Shown: positions 36,437 through 46,684, counted from the stretch's first letter. The stretch is DNA of 64,000 nucleotides from an uncultured Acidobacteriaceae bacterium (GCA_963850165.1 CAWKKK010000010.1:56799-120798); one strand, 5' to 3'. Translations and numbers: made by a program. Notes: a model not told the origin generated them from the sequence alone.

Positions 36437-38476
36437 CTACCAAACCCGGCAACGGTTCTGATTTACCATCGGCGATCCCGCCTTGCAGTGAAACGCCTCC
36501 TGGAATTCTGGCATGTTCGAAACCACTCCATTGGTGCGGTATTTCTCCGGCGAGTGCGGGTCGACCGTGGCGCGCAGGCGCTTGGTTTCGTCGCGAGTTT
36601 CGCCGCACCAGCTTTGCCCGTAGCCCACGAAGAATCTCTGTTCGGGAGTGAGGCCGTCGAGCGGCTGCAGCGTCTCTCCCTTGGTGTCGGCCTGCCATGC
36701 CATATAAGCCAGAATCAGCCCGCCCAGGTCGGCGGTATCCTCGCCCAGCGTTAGCTTGCCGTTGATCTTGATGTCATCGATGATCGTGTAAGTTGAATAT
36801 TGATCTGAGATGCAACTGGCGCGCTTCACAAATTCTTTCTCATCGTCCGCGGTCCACCAGTCGCGCAGGTTGCCCTGAGCGTCGAACTGGCGGCCTTCAT
36901 CGTCGAAGCCGTGGGTGAGTTCGTGGCCGATGGTCCCGCCGGTGTCGCCGTAGTTTGGCGCCGCATCGGATTTGGGATCGAACGCCGGCGGCTGCAGCAC
37001 TCCCGCTGGAAAGTTGATGTCGTTCAGCTGCGGGTCGTAGTACGCATTCACGGTGGGCGGAGTCATGCCCCACTCGCCGCGGTCCACGGGCTTGCCGATT
37101 TTGGCGAGTTCCCGGTTAAATTCGAATTGCCGAGATCGCTCCACATTGCCCAGTTCATCTCCACGCACGATTTCCAGCTTGCTGTAGTCGCGCCATTTAT
37201 CGGGATAGCCGATCTTGTTGGCCATTCCATGCAGCTTTACCAGCGCCTGCTGCTTGGTCGCCGCTGACATCCACGGCAAAGAATTAATGTCTTGCTCCAT
37301 CGCCGCCTGAATTTCCTTCACCATCTTCAATGCTTCCTGTTTGGCCGCTGGACCGAAATATTTCTCCACGTACACCTGGCCCAGCGCTTCTCCCAGGTCG
37401 CCGTCCACGTACTGCGTGCAGCGCTTCCAGCGCGGCTGCAATTCCTGCTGGCCGCGCAAGGTCTTGCCGTAGAAAGCGAAGTTTTCGTTTAGAAACGTTG
37501 AAGAAAGAAACGGCGCATCCGCATGCACCAGGTGCCAGCGCAGATAAATCTTCCAATCTGCCAGGCTTTCCTTGTCGAGTTCTTCATTCATCGCCTTGAA
37601 GAAGCCGGGGGACGCCACATTCAGCGAGGCCAGCGACGGCAGCCCCACCTTGGTGAAATAAACCTGCCACGGAAAATCGGGGCTGATCTTTTCCAGCTCG
37701 CCGCTGGTCATCTTGTGATCCAGATTCTTAGGTTCGCGCCGTTCTACCCTCGTCATCGAACCTTTGGCCAGCGCGGTTTCGATGCGCATCACGGTCTGCG
37801 CTTCCGCGGAGGTCGCGGCCGGTTGATCTCCCAGCAACTCGAACATCTTCTGCACGTGCGCCACATAGGCCTTGCGCAGCTCTACTGACTTCGCGTCGTC
37901 TTTAAAGTAGTAATCGCGGTCGGGCAGGCCCAGGCCCCCCTGGTCCGCTTCCGCGATGACTTGCGAAGCGTCTCTGAAGTCCTGGGTAGAATCGAAACGA
38001 AACAGGACGTTGTCATCCACCATGGCCGCGGCCAAGTCGGCGATCTCTGCCTTTGAATTAATCTTCGCGATGCGCTCCAGATCTGGCTTGAGCGGCGCCG
38101 CGCCGTTGGCCTCGATGGCCTTCTCGTCGGTGCAAGAAGCATAGTAATCGCCAATCTTCTGCGTAGCCGCGTTACGCTTAGCGTCTGGCGCGGCGGCAGC
38201 TTCCAAAATCCCGCGCAGCCTCACGCGATTCTCATCCTGCATCTTCGCGTAGAGGCTCCAGGAAGACTGGTCGGGAGGAATCGGATTGTTCTTTAGCCAT
38301 CCGCCGCAGGAATATTGGAAAAAGTCCACACAAGGATCTGCGCTTCGATCCATCGAGGTAACATCCAGTGCCGGCTCATACTTCGAGGCGGTGGGTGCGG
38401 GCTGTTGTTGGGCGCTCGCCATTGAGACCAGGGAAATAACCGCAAGCGCAATTACGTGTGTACGCAGAATTACCAT
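36437..38476 (-). CDS. M13-family zinc metallopeptidase (PepO/neprilysin-like)
   Basis: 679 aa with a signal peptide, GGTIGHELTHGFDD (HExxH), and downstream ENIADLGG-like GEDTADLGG. Confidence 0.9.
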   Translation of the reverse strand: MVILRTHVIALAVISLVSMASAQQQPAPTASKYEPALDVTSMDRSADPCVDFFQYSCGGWLKNNPIPPDQSSWSLYAKMQDENRVRLRGILEAAAAPDAKRNAATQKIGDYYASCTDEKAIEANGAAPLKPDLERIAKINSKAEIADLAAAMVDDNVLFRFDSTQDFRDASQVIAEADQGGLGLPDRDYYFKDDAKSVELRKAYVAHVQKMFELLGDQPAATSAEAQTVMRIETALAKGSMTRVERREPKNLDHKMTSGELEKISPDFPWQVYFTKVGLPSLASLNVASPGFFKAMNEELDKESLADWKIYLRWHLVHADAPFLSSTFLNENFAFYGKTLRGQQELQPRWKRCTQYVDGDLGEALGQVYVEKYFGPAAKQEALKMVKEIQAAMEQDINSLPWMSAATKQQALVKLHGMANKIGYPDKWRDYSKLEIVRGDELGNVERSRQFEFNRELAKIGKPVDRGEWGMTPPTVNAYYDPQLNDINFPAGVLQPPAFDPKSDAAPNYGDTGGTIGHELTHGFDDEGRQFDAQGNLRDWWTADDEKEFVKRASCISDQYSTYTIIDDIKINGKLTLGEDTADLGGLILAYMAWQADTKGETLQPLDGLTPEQRFFVGYGQSWCGETRDETKRLRATVDPHSPEKYRTNGVVSNMPEFQEAFHCKAGSPMVNQNRCRVW

Positions 38477-38602
38477 GAAAGGTCCTCTTCCGTTGGATTT
38501 GAAGCCTTGGAGCCAAAAAGTACAAGGCTTGGCTCAGGCCTTGTTCGGAAAACCGCGCTCGAAGTGTGTGGCCAGTCGCCGAAGACCGGACGCCGAATTC
38601 GC

Positions 38603-39418
38603 CTAGCTCTTCCGCAGCCGGATCGAGCCATCCCCGGTATGAATCACCAGCAGATTTCCGCCGCCGTTCAGCTTGCCGCGGACCTCCCCTTCGCGAATCT
38701 TACCTTCGGTCGTGACCGGCATTTCCAGATCAATGTGGCCGTCTCCGGTATGCAAATCGACGTCTGCCGCCAGGTTCGCCGGCACCTCGAGAGTCACCGT
38801 GCCATCGCCGGTTTCGAGCTTCCAGCCCGTGGCCAGCGCCGATCCGGCCGTCGCCCGCGCGTCCACCCGTCCATCTCCCGTCTTGAGGTCGAGTTCGTCA
38901 AAGCGGCCATTAGCGTGGATATGGCCATCCCCGGTCAGCGCCCGCAGTTTGCCGTCTACGCCGTCAATCTCCTCCGAGCCATCTCCGGTGTGCAACAGCA
39001 TCTCGCCTTTGAAGTTGCCCAGTTCGATCTTGCCGTCGCCGGTGCGCAAGTCTACGCGTCCCTCGCGCGGCATGTGAATGTTAATGTCGACGCGATGATT
39101 GGCCCAGCCGATGGTAACGCCGTGATGCGGGAACCGTACCTCGATCTCGACCGCGTCCCCCGTCTGATGCTCCTCGATCCGAATGCCATCGGCGCCGATC
39201 TTGTAGCCGGTGGTCGTCACCTTGGCTTCGATCGTTTTCTGGTCCCAGGTGGAGACGTGAATGTCCGCGTCGGATGTGGCCACACGCAGATCGGGCTTGC
39301 CAGCAAGAGAATAAGTTTTCGCCCATTCGTCAGCCCGCGCCGGCATTGCGGCCCATGAGCAAACCAAACCACCGACAAGCAGAAACATGAATAACCGTTC
39401 AAAACCCATGCGTTTCAT
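38603..39418 (-). CDS. DUF4097-like beta-strand repeat protein (putative adhesin), secreted
   Basis: GGAGGA RBS plus ATG 39418, a signal peptide, and repeated TGDG.I.L strands (TGDGHIDLEMP, TGDGSIRL, and so on). Confidence 0.7.
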   Translation of the reverse strand: MKRMGFERLFMFLLVGGLVCSWAAMPARADEWAKTYSLAGKPDLRVATSDADIHVSTWDQKTIEAKVTTTGYKIGADGIRIEEHQTGDAVEIEVRFPHHGVTIGWANHRVDINIHMPREGRVDLRTGDGKIELGNFKGEMLLHTGDGSEEIDGVDGKLRALTGDGHIHANGRFDELDLKTGDGRVDARATAGSALATGWKLETGDGTVTLEVPANLAADVDLHTGDGHIDLEMPVTTEGKIREGEVRGKLNGGGNLLVIHTGDGSIRLRKS

Positions 39419-39559
39419 AAAAATCCTCCGCCGGGCACACAACATCCCCAGCCTCTTAGACGAGATTACGCGCGTTTCGTGAGTTTGGTTCCATGGAAAA
39501 ATACGCGGAGACAGCTGAGTTCCTGCGTCCAACAGTTAATCGTAAAATCACTCGAAACC

Positions 39560-40528
39560 TTACTCGTAAACCCAGATGTCCAGAGCTTTCCCGTTTGCGC
39601 TGCTCAACCAGAGTTTGCCGCCAACGACGCCGCTGCCGGTGAACGGACGCTCGGCCGACACAGGGACGGACTGCGCGGTGTTCACATTCCAAATGGACCT
39701 GTGGTCCGGTTTTTTCCCGTCGACATCGAAATAGTTGATCATTGCCTGACCATCGGATCCGAACGTGCGTATCAGTTCAACCACGTCTGCATCTTTGGCG
39801 AGCTTGTGAAGCTCGGCGCCGGTCGAGGAATTAAGCACCGTGATGTGATCATCCGGGCCGCCAACCAAAGCGCGCTTACCATCGGTCGTGAAGGCCACGG
39901 CGAAACTCTCAAGCGTCAGGCCGCGATACTCATGCAGCATCTTCCAGGTCGAGGTGTCGTAGAAGCGGATCACGGTGTCGCCGTCGGCAGTGACCAGCAG
40001 ATTTCCGTCCGGGCTGAAACTGCACGCGATCAACCCGGCAAAATCGGAGTGCAACGTTGCCACTTGTTTCGGCGTTCCGCGAAGGTCCCAAATCTGTCCG
40101 GGGCGGTCTGACGCAGACACGACAATTCCGCTGGAGTCGGGCAGGAACTCCAGGGCTTCGATGCCGCGCGTATCGCTCTTCCAGCGCTTGGCTTCGCCCG
40201 TTCCCGAGGAGGGCAAAACTTCTACGGTGCCGTCACCGAAACCCACGGCAAACCAGCGGCCGTCCTGCGAATAGTAGCCCGCAGAGACCCGAGGCTCCGG
40301 GCCGAAGGTGCGCGCGGTTGTTCCCGAGTGAACATCCACCAATCGCACGGTGTGATCGCTGCACCACACGGCAACCTGATTTCCCAAGGGCGAAATCCTC
40401 TCCGCGCGGGACTCACACGGCATGGGAACTGACGCTACCGGCTTTAACCCAGCGCCAGCGGCAGGTTGGGCAAAAGAAGCGATCACAAGCAGCAGAATCG
40501 AGGACGACAGCATGATTTTCGTCGGCAT
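39560..40528 (-). CDS. secreted beta-propeller (WD40/PQQ-like) repeat protein
   Basis: A signal peptide followed by about 7 repeats of the pattern ..SPDG..LA..DG.V.L(W)D.. Its start overlaps the upstream stop (TGATG). Confidence 0.6.
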   Translation of the reverse strand: MPTKIMLSSSILLLVIASFAQPAAGAGLKPVASVPMPCESRAERISPLGNQVAVWCSDHTVRLVDVHSGTTARTFGPEPRVSAGYYSQDGRWFAVGFGDGTVEVLPSSGTGEAKRWKSDTRGIEALEFLPDSSGIVVSASDRPGQIWDLRGTPKQVATLHSDFAGLIACSFSPDGNLLVTADGDTVIRFYDTSTWKMLHEYRGLTLESFAVAFTTDGKRALVGGPDDHITVLNSSTGAELHKLAKDADVVELIRTFGSDGQAMINYFDVDGKKPDHRSIWNVNTAQSVPVSAERPFTGSGVVGGKLWLSSANGKALDIWVYE

Positions 40529-41154
40529 CAGGCTTTCTCCAGAACGATGTCGAAGGTCACAGCCGCCACCACCTGTTGCGGGTCGCCCTTGAGAACGACG
40601 GGGCGCACCAGTTCGCGGCTTGTGATCAGCGGGTCGCGGGAAAAATTCTTATCGGGATCGCCATCGAACACCGGATCGCTCGCGAAGTAGAGCTGCGTGG
40701 TCAGCGGCTTGTGTCCGGGCGCAGTCACCAGGTAGTGAATGTGCTGGCACACGCGCTGGGGATAGTGTCCCGGAAGAACGCTCTCGAAGCCGTACTTGCT
40801 TTTCGAGTCGGGCTCAAGGACCGAGCGGTAGTGATAGCCCGCGTTGTCGTAGTGGCCGAAGTGATCCGTCTGCCAGATTTCGACCTTCGCGTTGGGAAGA
40901 ATCTCTCCGTTGACGCTATACACAACTCCCGCAACCGAAAGAGGCATCCCGGGATCACCGGGCGCGCGCAACATCGACATATGCGGCGCATCGCGCTTGT
41001 AGAACGGGCCGAGTTCGTTGAATGGTGTGGGCTGGCGTTTGGTTTCAGCCGCGTCCCAGGCTCTGGCGATGGCCGACAGCGAAGCGGAAGTCGCAAGCGT
41101 CACCGCTCCCAGCGCAACGCACTTCTCCAACATTTCCCTGCGGGTTTGACTCAT
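40528..41154 (-). CDS. intradiol ring-cleavage dioxygenase-like protein with a Tat signal
   Basis: MSQTRREMLEKCVALGAV (twin-Arg), then LSVAGVVYS..AKVEIWQTDHFGHY...GHYPQRVCQHIHY, the Fe-ligand pattern of this fold. Confidence 0.75.
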   Translation of the reverse strand: MSQTRREMLEKCVALGAVTLATSASLSAIARAWDAAETKRQPTPFNELGPFYKRDAPHMSMLRAPGDPGMPLSVAGVVYSVNGEILPNAKVEIWQTDHFGHYDNAGYHYRSVLEPDSKSKYGFESVLPGHYPQRVCQHIHYLVTAPGHKPLTTQLYFASDPVFDGDPDKNFSRDPLITSRELVRPVVLKGDPQQVVAAVTFDIVLEKA

Positions 41155-41406
41155 GAGCACCTCTCTCAGGCGCACCGAGTATAGACCAAATTTAGCTGGA
41201 CGGGGAATCTGAACCGGCGCCCACAGTTTCGGCGCGGCGTACAATAAAGTCGTGGTTCGCGCTCGACGCCAGAACGATTCCCACAAGCACCAGCGGCACG
41301 CGATTTATGCCTCGGAAACTTCAGGCCTGCTGCTGATCGGCTTTCTGCTGCTCGCCCTCACTCTGATTCGCTACTGGCACACCATTCACTGGAGCGTGCG
41401 CTGACA

Positions 41407-42366
41407 GTGCCTTCGGCGCAGCCTGAACCGCTGCTGGTGGTTGTGCTGGGCCCCACAGCCAGCGGAAAGACGGCGCTTTCTCTTGCGCTTGCCGAGCGCT
41501 TCCACGGCGAAATCGTCAATTGCGATTCGGTCGCCATGTACCGCGAATTTGAAATCGGCACGGCCAAGCCCACAGCATCCGAACGATCCCGAGCCCCGCA
41601 TCATTTGCTCGATTGCGTCGCGCCCACCAGCGACATCACGGCCGGCAAATATGCCCGCCAGGCGCGGCAAGCGCTCGAGGAGATCAAGGCGCGCGGACAT
41701 CTACCCATCGTTGTCGGCGGCACGGGCCTCTACTTGCGCGCCCTGCTCGAAGGATTTTTCCCCGGTCCGCAGCGGTCTGAAGAATTGCGTGTGCGTTTAC
41801 GCGCACGAGCGGAAAGTCGCGGCTCCAGTTATCTTCATCGCATTCTGCGGCACCTGGATCACGCAGCCGCGGAGAAGATCCATGCCAACGACATGCCGAA
41901 GCTCATCCGCGCCATCGAAGTTTGCCTGGCCTCGCGGCAGAAGATGACAGAACTCTGGCTGCAGCGCGGACGCGATCCCCTGCCCGGTTTCCGGATTCTT
42001 CGCTTCGGTCTCGATCCCGATCGGCAGGCTCTTTATGACCGAATCAACCGCCGCGCGCAACGGATGTTCGAAGCGGGCTTGATCGAAGAGACGCAACATC
42101 TGCTTAAGAAATACGGCGACGCCGCGGGACCGCTGTCCTCGCTCGGGTACAAGCAGGCAGTGCAATTCCTTCGTGGAGAACTCACGCGCGAACAGGCGCT
42201 GCAAGCCGCTCAGCAGGCTCACCGCAATTACGCCAAGCGCCAGATGACCTGGTTTCGCCGCGAGCCGGACGTCACCTGGCTGAACGGCTTCGGGGATGAT
42301 GAGCATATTCAGCGCGAGGCCTCGGCCAGGGCAGACGCTTCACTCGCCACGGATTTTCGCGGATGA
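41407..42366 (+). CDS. miaA: tRNA dimethylallyltransferase
   Basis: P-loop LGPTASGKTALS, NCDSVAMYREFEIGTAKP, HHLLD, PIVVGGTGLY, QAHRNYAKRQMTWFR. Confidence 0.93.
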   Translation: MPSAQPEPLLVVVLGPTASGKTALSLALAERFHGEIVNCDSVAMYREFEIGTAKPTASERSRAPHHLLDCVAPTSDITAGKYARQARQALEEIKARGHLPIVVGGTGLYLRALLEGFFPGPQRSEELRVRLRARAESRGSSYLHRILRHLDHAAAEKIHANDMPKLIRAIEVCLASRQKMTELWLQRGRDPLPGFRILRFGLDPDRQALYDRINRRAQRMFEAGLIEETQHLLKKYGDAAGPLSSLGYKQAVQFLRGELTREQALQAAQQAHRNYAKRQMTWFRREPDVTWLNGFGDDEHIQREASARADASLATDFRG

Positions 42367-42422
42367 TCGCGGATAAACCAGCAGCACGTCCGCGTCCTGC
42401 GATTTCTGCTATCGTTCTCTTC

Positions 42423-44321
42423 ATGCATCGCAGACTCGTTCTCTTATCACTGGTCGCTCTTTTTTCCGCCACAGCAGCCCTCGCGAGGGACAAGGACAAA
42501 TATCAGCGCCCGGGCCCCATTCACTTAACTCCGGCAGGCGAAAAATGGGCCCAGAAGACGTTGCACAAGCTGACTCTCGAAGAAAAAGTCGGACAGGTGT
42601 TCATGATCTGGTGCCGCGCCAGCTTTCTCAACGTTGAAAATCCCGAATACCTGGAATGGCGCGAGGACATGCAGAAGTATCACGTCGGCTCGTTTGCCAT
42701 GACCGTCCATGTGGACGGTCCGTACCTTCTGCGCAGCGAACCTTACGAAGCCGCGGAACTTCTCAACCGGCTGCAGAGCGAGTCGAAGCTGCCCCTGCTG
42801 TTCGCCGCCGATTTTGAACGCGGCGTCCCCATGCGCCTGATGGGAGCCACGGTCTTTCCGCACGCCATGGCTTTCGGTGGAGATGGCAAAGCGGAAGATG
42901 CCGAGATGTTCGGCCGCATCACCGCCGATGAGGCGCGCGCCATCGGCATTCACTGGAATTTTTTTCCCGACGCCGACGTGAACTCGAACCCCGCCAATCC
43001 CATCATCAACACGCGCTCCTTCGGAGAAGATCCCAAACAGGTCGGCGATCTGGTCACGGCCTACATCAAAGGCGCGCATGAAGGCGGGATGCTGACCACG
43101 GTCAAACATTTTCCCGGTCACGGGGACACTGCCACCGACTCGCATCTCGGCGTGGCCAGCGTCAACGTGGACCGCGCCCACCTCGACTCCATCGAACTGC
43201 CGCCTTTCCGCGAGGCGATTGCGGCGGGGGTCGACGCGGTCATGGTGGCGCACGTGACGGTGCCCGCGCTCGATCCCGATCCGAACCACGTGGCTACGAT
43301 TTCGCCGGTTATTGTCTCCGACCTGCTGGAAAAACAGCTTGGCTTCAAAGGCATCATCGTCACCGATGCGCTCGACATGGCCGGCCTGACTCACCTTTTC
43401 TCGAACAACATCGGCCGGGCCGCGGTCGAGGCATTCAAGGCCGGCAACGACTTGTTGCTCATCCCCGCCGACTTTCCCGCCTCGTATAACGCCATGCTGA
43501 AGGCGGTGCAGTCGGGCGAGATTTCCCGCGAACGGCTCGATCTCTCTGTGCTCAAGATCCTGAAGGCAAAGGCGTCTCTCGGCCTGCAGGACGCCCGCCT
43601 GGTGGATATAAGCGCTGTCGCCAACCTGGTGGCCAAGCCGGCGAACCTGGCTTTCGGACAGCAGGTGGCCGATGCCGCGGTTACGCTGGTGCGCGACAAT
43701 GGCAAGGTTCTGCCGCTTAAATCTTCGCTTAAGAATGGGGGAACCGCAAAGGGCGCACTTCCGTATACCACAACAGAGGAGACGCACAATGACGTGGTTG
43801 CGGTGCTCTTCTCCGAAGACGTCCGGACGGAATCCGGGCGAGCTTTGGGCCGGGAATTTCGCGCTCGCATCCCTGATGCGCATGTGATTTACGTGGATCC
43901 TCGCATCGCGGCTGGCATGAGCGACGAGGTGCTGAAGGCAGTGGATGAAGCGAAGACTGTGGTAGCCGCGGTTTACGTGGTTCCGACCGCGGGCAAAGTC
44001 GGCAACACGGTCGCGATGGCCGATGCCGCCGGCGCGCTGCTGCAGCAAGTGCTCGATCACGCGGCGGAACGGACTGCGGTCGTCGCCATGGGAAATCCGT
44101 ACCTTGCTGCGGACTTCCCCAAGATTGAGAATTACATGTGTACGTTTTCCAATGCGACGGTGTCAGAGTTAAGCGCGGTCAAGGCGTTATTCGGGGAAAT
44201 CGCCATTCGCGGCCATCTTCCGGTGAGCATTCCGAATATCGCTCAGCGGGGCGCCGGCATTGAACGTCCGGTCCATCCGGTCCATGTTGCCAGTGGAGGT
44301 TCTCATGATGCGCAACAATAA
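42423..44321 (+). CDS. glycoside hydrolase family 3 (beta-N-acetylhexosaminidase-like), secreted
   Basis: Signal MHRRLVLLSLVALFSATAALA; motifs KHFPGHGDTATDSHLG and GIIVTDALDM, plus a C-terminal alpha/beta domain. Track start is 42363. Confidence 0.88.
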   Translation: MHRRLVLLSLVALFSATAALARDKDKYQRPGPIHLTPAGEKWAQKTLHKLTLEEKVGQVFMIWCRASFLNVENPEYLEWREDMQKYHVGSFAMTVHVDGPYLLRSEPYEAAELLNRLQSESKLPLLFAADFERGVPMRLMGATVFPHAMAFGGDGKAEDAEMFGRITADEARAIGIHWNFFPDADVNSNPANPIINTRSFGEDPKQVGDLVTAYIKGAHEGGMLTTVKHFPGHGDTATDSHLGVASVNVDRAHLDSIELPPFREAIAAGVDAVMVAHVTVPALDPDPNHVATISPVIVSDLLEKQLGFKGIIVTDALDMAGLTHLFSNNIGRAAVEAFKAGNDLLLIPADFPASYNAMLKAVQSGEISRERLDLSVLKILKAKASLGLQDARLVDISAVANLVAKPANLAFGQQVADAAVTLVRDNGKVLPLKSSLKNGGTAKGALPYTTTEETHNDVVAVLFSEDVRTESGRALGREFRARIPDAHVIYVDPRIAAGMSDEVLKAVDEAKTVVAAVYVVPTAGKVGNTVAMADAAGALLQQVLDHAAERTAVVAMGNPYLAADFPKIENYMCTFSNATVSELSAVKALFGEIAIRGHLPVSIPNIAQRGAGIERPVHPVHVASGGSHDAQQ

Positions 44322-44889
44322 ATTCTGTGCATTTGTGATAGCCGCAGCCAGCCTCGCGGCGCTGCTGCTCCTGCCCTCGTGCAGCGTGAATGTGAAGAAA
44401 GAGGCTAACGGGCAGGACAAGCAGGTGGATATCAACACGCCCGTCGGCGGAGTCCACGTCAGCAAGCAGGCGGACGTCTCCGACGTGGGCCTGGCGGTTT
44501 ACCCAGGCGCGCGGGTGAAAGAAAAAGATTCCCGCGGCAGCGATAAGAGCGCTAATGTGAATATCTCCGGCTTCGGTTACGGCTTGAAGGTCGTGGCCCT
44601 CGAATACCAGTCCGATGATGCGCCCGCAAAGATTCTAGCTTTCTACAAAGAACAACTGAAAAAATATGGAAACGTTCTCGAATGCCACACTTCCAGCGGG
44701 AACTGGAACGTGAACATGCGAAAAAAAGGTTCGAACGAGTTGACCTGCGAGGGCAGCGGGGGCGCAGACATCGAACTCAAGGTTGGCACGCAAGATGATC
44801 AGCACATTGTGGCCGTCGAGTCAGAAGGTAAGGGAACAAGCTTCTCGCTGGTTTACGTGCGCACCCACGGCAAAGATGCCGATATTTAG
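44305..44889 (+). CDS. lipoprotein, unknown family (paralog of 45065-45652)
   Basis: GGAGG RBS plus ATG 44305, and lipobox LLLLPSC. Shares VYPGAR, YQSDDAP.KI..FYK..LKKYG.VLECHTS, ELKVGT.D.QH.VA and LVYV.T.GK.ADI with the next gene. Confidence 0.65.
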   Translation: MMRNNKFCAFVIAAASLAALLLLPSCSVNVKKEANGQDKQVDINTPVGGVHVSKQADVSDVGLAVYPGARVKEKDSRGSDKSANVNISGFGYGLKVVALEYQSDDAPAKILAFYKEQLKKYGNVLECHTSSGNWNVNMRKKGSNELTCEGSGGADIELKVGTQDDQHIVAVESEGKGTSFSLVYVRTHGKDADI

Positions 44890-44976
44890 GATGCGCGTTT
44901 TCACAGGCTGCGGAAGGAATCGACCTCGCACTTGATGTTGGGTGGCGCAGCTCCTCAGCGCTGCGATCATTGGCGA

Positions 44977-45045
44977 GGGTGGAGCAGGCCTTCAGGCCTG
45001 CATCAAAGCATCGCCAATAAATTCGCGGGCATTAGCCCCTGGGGG
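44977..45045. repeat. REP-like element (GCAGGCCTGGAAGGCCTGCTCCACC family), inverted copy
   Basis: gggtggagcaggccttcaggcctgc.. is the reverse complement of the cores at 51940-51964 and 52816-52840. Confidence 0.75.
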
Positions 45046-45064
45046 AACCTCCTTAAGGAGATTT

Positions 45065-45652
45065 ATGATTCAATCGATCTTTTTCCGTTCCATCGTCGCT
45101 ACGGCATTCGCCATAGCTATGGCGATTCCCAGCTTCGCCCAGTCTCAAAAATCAGACAGCGATCAGAACAAGCATCTCGATGTCCAAAGCTCTGTGGGCG
45201 ATCTGCACCTTGGCAACGACGCCGACGCTCGCAAAGCCGGGCTGCCGCTCTATCCCGGAGCGCGCCCACGCCACGACAAGGAAGATAGCGATCCCGTCAA
45301 TCTCGGCCTTCTCACCGAAGCCTTCGGCATGAAATTGGTGGTGGCGAAATACGAATCCGACGACGCGCCCGGCAAAGTCATTGACTTCTATCGCGATCGC
45401 CTCAAGAAATACGGCAAGGTTCTCGAATGCCATACCTCTGAGCACGGAGGCGATGCCCACGCCAACATCGACGACGACCAACATTCCAAACAACTCAAGT
45501 GCGACGGCGACAACACCGGCCCCGTCACCGAACTGAAAGTTGGCACGGAAGACAATCAGCACGTCGTCGCCATCGAACCGCGCGACGGCCGCAGCGGCTC
45601 AATCTTCGCCCTGGTCTACGTTTACACGCGCGGCAAGCAAGGCGACATCTGA
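45065..45652 (+). CDS. secreted protein, unknown family (paralog of 44305-44889)
   Basis: AAGGAG RBS plus ATG 45065 and a signal peptide. Same conserved blocks and the same two Cys as its upstream neighbour. Confidence 0.65.
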   Translation: MIQSIFFRSIVATAFAIAMAIPSFAQSQKSDSDQNKHLDVQSSVGDLHLGNDADARKAGLPLYPGARPRHDKEDSDPVNLGLLTEAFGMKLVVAKYESDDAPGKVIDFYRDRLKKYGKVLECHTSEHGGDAHANIDDDQHSKQLKCDGDNTGPVTELKVGTEDNQHVVAIEPRDGRSGSIFALVYVYTRGKQGDI

Positions 45653-45866
45653 GCGTGTGGAATTGACTTGAGGGTGCCCCACTCTTGCGCGTTCTTTGCG
45701 CAAGGGTGGGACTTCGCGGCCTATCCCTCTACGGTTTGGACTGCTTGCAGCCACGAATCGTGTGGAGCGGAGACCCTGTCCGCTGCTCTTGACCTTGAAT
45801 TGAAGGGCCAGCCGATTCTTGCAACCCGGCGCCTGATCCCGGGTTCTAATCCGGAAGGAGGGCGTT

Positions 45867-46289
45867 ATGGCAAAGCTCCGGCTTGCGCTCTTTTCTCTCG
45901 CTCTGGTTCTGGCTGCGTCGTTTGCGCTGTCCTGCGGGGCAAGATCACAGAGTCAGGATCCACTCCAGACCATCACGCTAAGCCCGGCAACCGCCGACGC
46001 ACAGGATTACCCCAACGGGCGAGTGCAGTTCGTCGCTACCGGCTATTACACTGATCCGTCCCACACGGTCACTCCACTATCGGCCATGTGGGGTACCTGC
46101 TACCAGGACGCGTCCACGAGTGAAATATCCGTGACCGCCGGAGGCGTGGCTCAATGTGCGCCGGGAGCGGTCGGCACCTACACGATCTGGGCAGACGACC
46201 CTCCGCTGTCCAACGTGGCATGCCTCGCAATCACGGCCTGCGGCGGAGGATGTTTTGTCGCAGGTACCGCGCAACTCACCTGCCCCTAG
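45867..46289 (+). CDS. lipoprotein with an Ig-like (Big-type) domain, hypothetical
   Basis: GGAAGGAGG RBS, lipobox FALSCG, and 140 aa rich in beta-strand pattern and Cys. Confidence 0.6.
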   Translation: MAKLRLALFSLALVLAASFALSCGARSQSQDPLQTITLSPATADAQDYPNGRVQFVATGYYTDPSHTVTPLSAMWGTCYQDASTSEISVTAGGVAQCAPGAVGTYTIWADDPPLSNVACLAITACGGGCFVAGTAQLTCP

Positions 46290-46583
46290 GCAATCCACTC
46301 TCGCCAACGGCAACCAGGCGACCGCATTGAAATCTTGGTGTGCCCGCGGACGAAAAGAGGAGTTCCGTCCTGCAAGTCTATGTAATTGGCAATCTCCGCC
46401 ACCAAGTGCCAGGATCGAGACTCGATCTTCAACGCTTTTTCTTCGTCCTGTGTCTTTTTTACTACGTTTTCCGGCGCGTCCGCTAACTCAAACCGCCTCA
46501 GTCATTTGCCGCCAGTCAACTATAGCTTTAAGGTGGTTTTCCGGGTTTTCCGCGATTTCCACAGTGTTCCGGTAAAAACGCTT

Positions 46584-46676
46584 ATATGTTCCAGTTGGAG
46601 CATTTTGTACATACAATCGCAAACCGCTGATATGTTCCAGTTGGAACATTCAAGCGATATGTTCCGGTTGGAACAC
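46584..46676. repeat. three direct copies of ATATGTTCC(A/G)GTTGGA(A/G)CA(T/C), each an internal palindrome TGTTCCAGTTGGAACA
   Basis: Copies at 46584-46603, 46630-46649 and 46657-46676, in an AT-richer spacer between convergent genes. Confidence 0.8.
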
Positions 46677-46684
46677 TCGAGCGC

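Noticed and set aside
42525-44060. 511-aa minus-strand ORF
   Set aside because: Antisense shadow of the GH3 hydrolase gene.
46584-46676. Possible mini-CRISPR or terminator cluster
   Set aside because: Only three 20-nt copies with unequal spacing (46 and 27 nt). The hairpins have 2-nt loops and no T-tracts. Kept as a repeat/regulatory candidate instead.
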